64,000 nt of DNA from assembly GCA_030390025.1 (NCBI GenBank), contig JASTWF010000336.1, positions 310,001 through 374,000 of the forward strand, in the 5' to 3' direction. Positions 61,384 through 64,000 of the stretch are shown here, one piece after another. Below the pieces are notes generated by a model. The model was not told where the DNA came from. It saw only the letters and a list, made by a program, of their open reading frames with translations, and did not search any database. Origin of the DNA: Squalus acanthias (Eukaryota). Every line of letters starts with the position of its first letter. The stretch's first letter is position 1. The position numbers and the translations under genes are program-made.

Positions 61384-64000
61384 ACATAGAAACATAGAAA
61401 AATAGGAGCAGGAGTAGGTCATTCGGCCCTTCGAGCCTGCTCCACCATTCAATATGATCATGGCTGATCCTTTATCTCAATACCATATTCCCGCTCTCTC
61501 CCCATACCCCTTGATGCCTTTTGTGTTTAGAAATCTATCTATCTCCTTCTTAAATATATTCAGTGACTTGGCCTCCACAGCCTTCTGTGGAAGAGAATTC
61601 CACAGGTTCACCACCCTCTGAGTGAAGAAATTTCTCCTCATCTCAGTCCTAAATGTCCTACCCCATATCCTGAGACTGTGACCCCTCATACTAGGCCCCC
61701 CAGCCAGGAGAAACATCCTCCCTGCATCCAGTCTGTCTAGCCCTGTCAGACTTTTATACGTTTCAATGAGATCCCCTCTCATTCTTCTAAACTCCAGTGA
61801 ATACAGGCCTAGTCGACCCAATCTCTCCTCATACGACAGTCCTGCCATCCCAGGAATCAGTCTGGTGAACCTTCGCTGCACTCCCTCTAAGGCAAGTATA
61901 TCCTTTCTTAGGTAAGGAGACCAAAACTGCACACAGTACTCCAGGTGTGGTCTCATCAAGGCCCTGTACAACTGTAGTAAGACATCCTTGCTCCTGTACT
62001 CAAATCCTCTTTCAATGAAGGCCAACATACCATTTGCCTTCCTAACTGCTTCCTGCACCTGCATGTTTGCTTTCAGTGACTGTTGTACAGGACACCCAGA
62101 TCCCTCTGTACATCAGCATTTCCCAATCTATCACCATTTAAGTAATACTCTACCTTTCTGTTTTTCCGACCAAAGTGGATAACTTCACATTCATCCACGT
62201 TATACTGCATCTGCCATGTATTTGCCCACTCACTCAACTTGTCTAAATCGCCTTGAAGCCTCTTTGCATCCTCCTCACAACTCACAATCCCACCTAGTTG
62301 CGTGTCATCAGCAAACTTGGAAATATTACATTTGGTTCCCTCATCCAAATCATTGATATATATGGTGAATAGTTGGGACCCAAACACTGATCCCTGCGGT
62401 ACCCCACTAGTCAACACCTGACAACCCAAAAAAGAGCCATTTATTCCTACTCTCTGTTTCCTGTCTGTTAACCAATTTTCCATTCAATCCCCCAATCCCA
62501 TATGCTTTAATTTTGCACACTAACATCTTATGTGGAACTTTATCAAAGGCCTTCTGAAAATCCAAATACACAGCATCCACTGGTTCTCCCTTATCTATTC
62601 TAGCAGTTACATCCTCAAAAAACTCCAGTAGGTTTGTCAAACACGATTTCCCTTTCATAAATCCATGTTGACTTTGTCTAATCCCGTTGATATTTTCTAA
62701 GTGTCCTGTTATCACATCCTTTATAATAAACTCTAGCATTTACCCTGCTGATGATGTTAGGCAAACCGATATGTAGTTCCCTGTTTTCTCTCTCCCTCCT
62801 TTTTTAAATAGTGGGGTTACATTTGCCACCCTCCAATCTGCAGGAACTGTTCAATAATCTATAGAATTTTCTACATGACAACCAATGCCTCCACTATTTC
62901 CATGGCTAGCTCTTTTAGTACTCTGGGATGCAGATTATCAGTCATTGGGGATTTATCAGCTTTCAGTCCCATTAATTTCTCCAGCACTATTTTTTTACTA
63001 ATAATAATTTCCTTTAATTCCTCCTTCTCACTAGACCCTTGGTTCCCTAGCATTTCTGGGAAGTTATTTGTGTCCTCTTCTGTGAAGACAGAACCAAAGT
63101 ATTTGTTTAATTGCTCAGCCATTTCCTTGTTCCCCATTAAAAATTATCTCGTTTCTGACTGTAAGGGACCTACATTTGTCTTCACTAATCATTTTCCTTT
63201 TACATACTTGTAGAAGCTTTTACAATCCGCTTTTATGTTCCTTGCAAGTTTACTCTCATATTCTATTTTTCCCCACTTAATCAATCTATTGGTCCTTTTT
63301 TGCTGAACTCTAAACAGCTCCCACTCCTCAGGCTTGCTACTTTTTCTGGTAACTTTAAATGTCTCCTCTTTGGATCTAATACTATCCTTAATTTATTTTG
63401 CTGGCCATGGTTGGGCCGCTTTTACTTTTGTGTTTTTGCGCCAGAAAGGAATGTAAAACTGTTGCAATTTGTGCTTTTGTCCTTAAATCTTAGCCATTGC
63501 CTATCCATGTATTTTAATGAAGCTCCCCAATCTATCAGAGCCAACTCACTCCTCATACCATCGTAGTTTCCTTTGTTTAGATTTAGGACACTAGTTTCAG
63601 ATTAGACTTCTTCACTTTCCATTTTAATGAAGAATTCTATCATGTTAAGGTCACTCTTCCCTATAGGATCCCACAGAACAATATTATTAATTAACACCTT
63701 CTCATTGCACAATACCCAATCTAGGATAACCTGTTCCCTAGTTGGCTTACTGGTCTAAAAAAAATCTCGTACACACTCCACAGTATTATTGCTAATTTGG
63801 TTTGACCAGTCTATATGTAGATTAAAGTCACCCATGACTACTGTAGTACCCTTGTTACATGCATCTCTAATTTCCTGTTTGATGCCATCGTCTACATTAC
63901 CACTACTGTTTGGAGGCCTATAGACAACTCCCACCAATGCTTTCTGCTCCTTGGTGCTAATTAGCCCCACCCAGACTGATTGTACATCTTGATTTTCTGA
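61384..64000 (-). mobile_element. Decayed CR1, inverted duplicate of 20689-23216
   Basis: Near-identical broken ORFs (62073-62483 = 22117-22527; 62407-62739 ~ 21861-22193). Confidence 0.93.

Overview
This is vertebrate DNA, almost certainly from a cartilaginous fish (shark-type CR1/HER1-like LINEs, a SacSINE1/DeuSINE-like SINE and shark-type Penelope repeats). It covers a replication-dependent histone gene cluster that is duplicating and decaying. Open histone ORFs with 3' stem-loops: H1 x2, H4 x2 (both start MTGRGK), H3.2, H2A x2 and H2B. There are also H4 and H2B pseudogenes, one tRNA-Gly(TCC) gene and two tRNA pseudogenes. The basic unit appears to be H1+ H4+ H3+ H2A- H2B-. It is present as rearranged copies, including an inverted duplication (20.7-25.8 kb vs 56.9-64 kb) and a copy that has lost H3 and H2A. 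The spacers hold many CR1 LINEs, one nested inside another with an intact 955-codon ORF2. They also hold a 10.6 kb 41/46-bp satellite, a 1.69 kb solo LTR with a 4-bp TSD, and a Penelope fragment with a GIY-YIG domain and a hammerhead ribozyme. The most unusual structure is three head-to-tail copies of an identically 5'-truncated Tx1-clade L1 element. Each copy is bounded by the same 13-bp target sequence, and the array sits inside a hammerhead-bearing Penelope terminal repeat just downstream of H1. Also notable are a UUUAAAC slippery heptamer at the CR1 ORF1/ORF2 junction, where ORF2 has no AUG before its endonuclease domain, and CDE-4nt-CHR elements in the histone promoters. Family names come from recalled motifs, not database searches.
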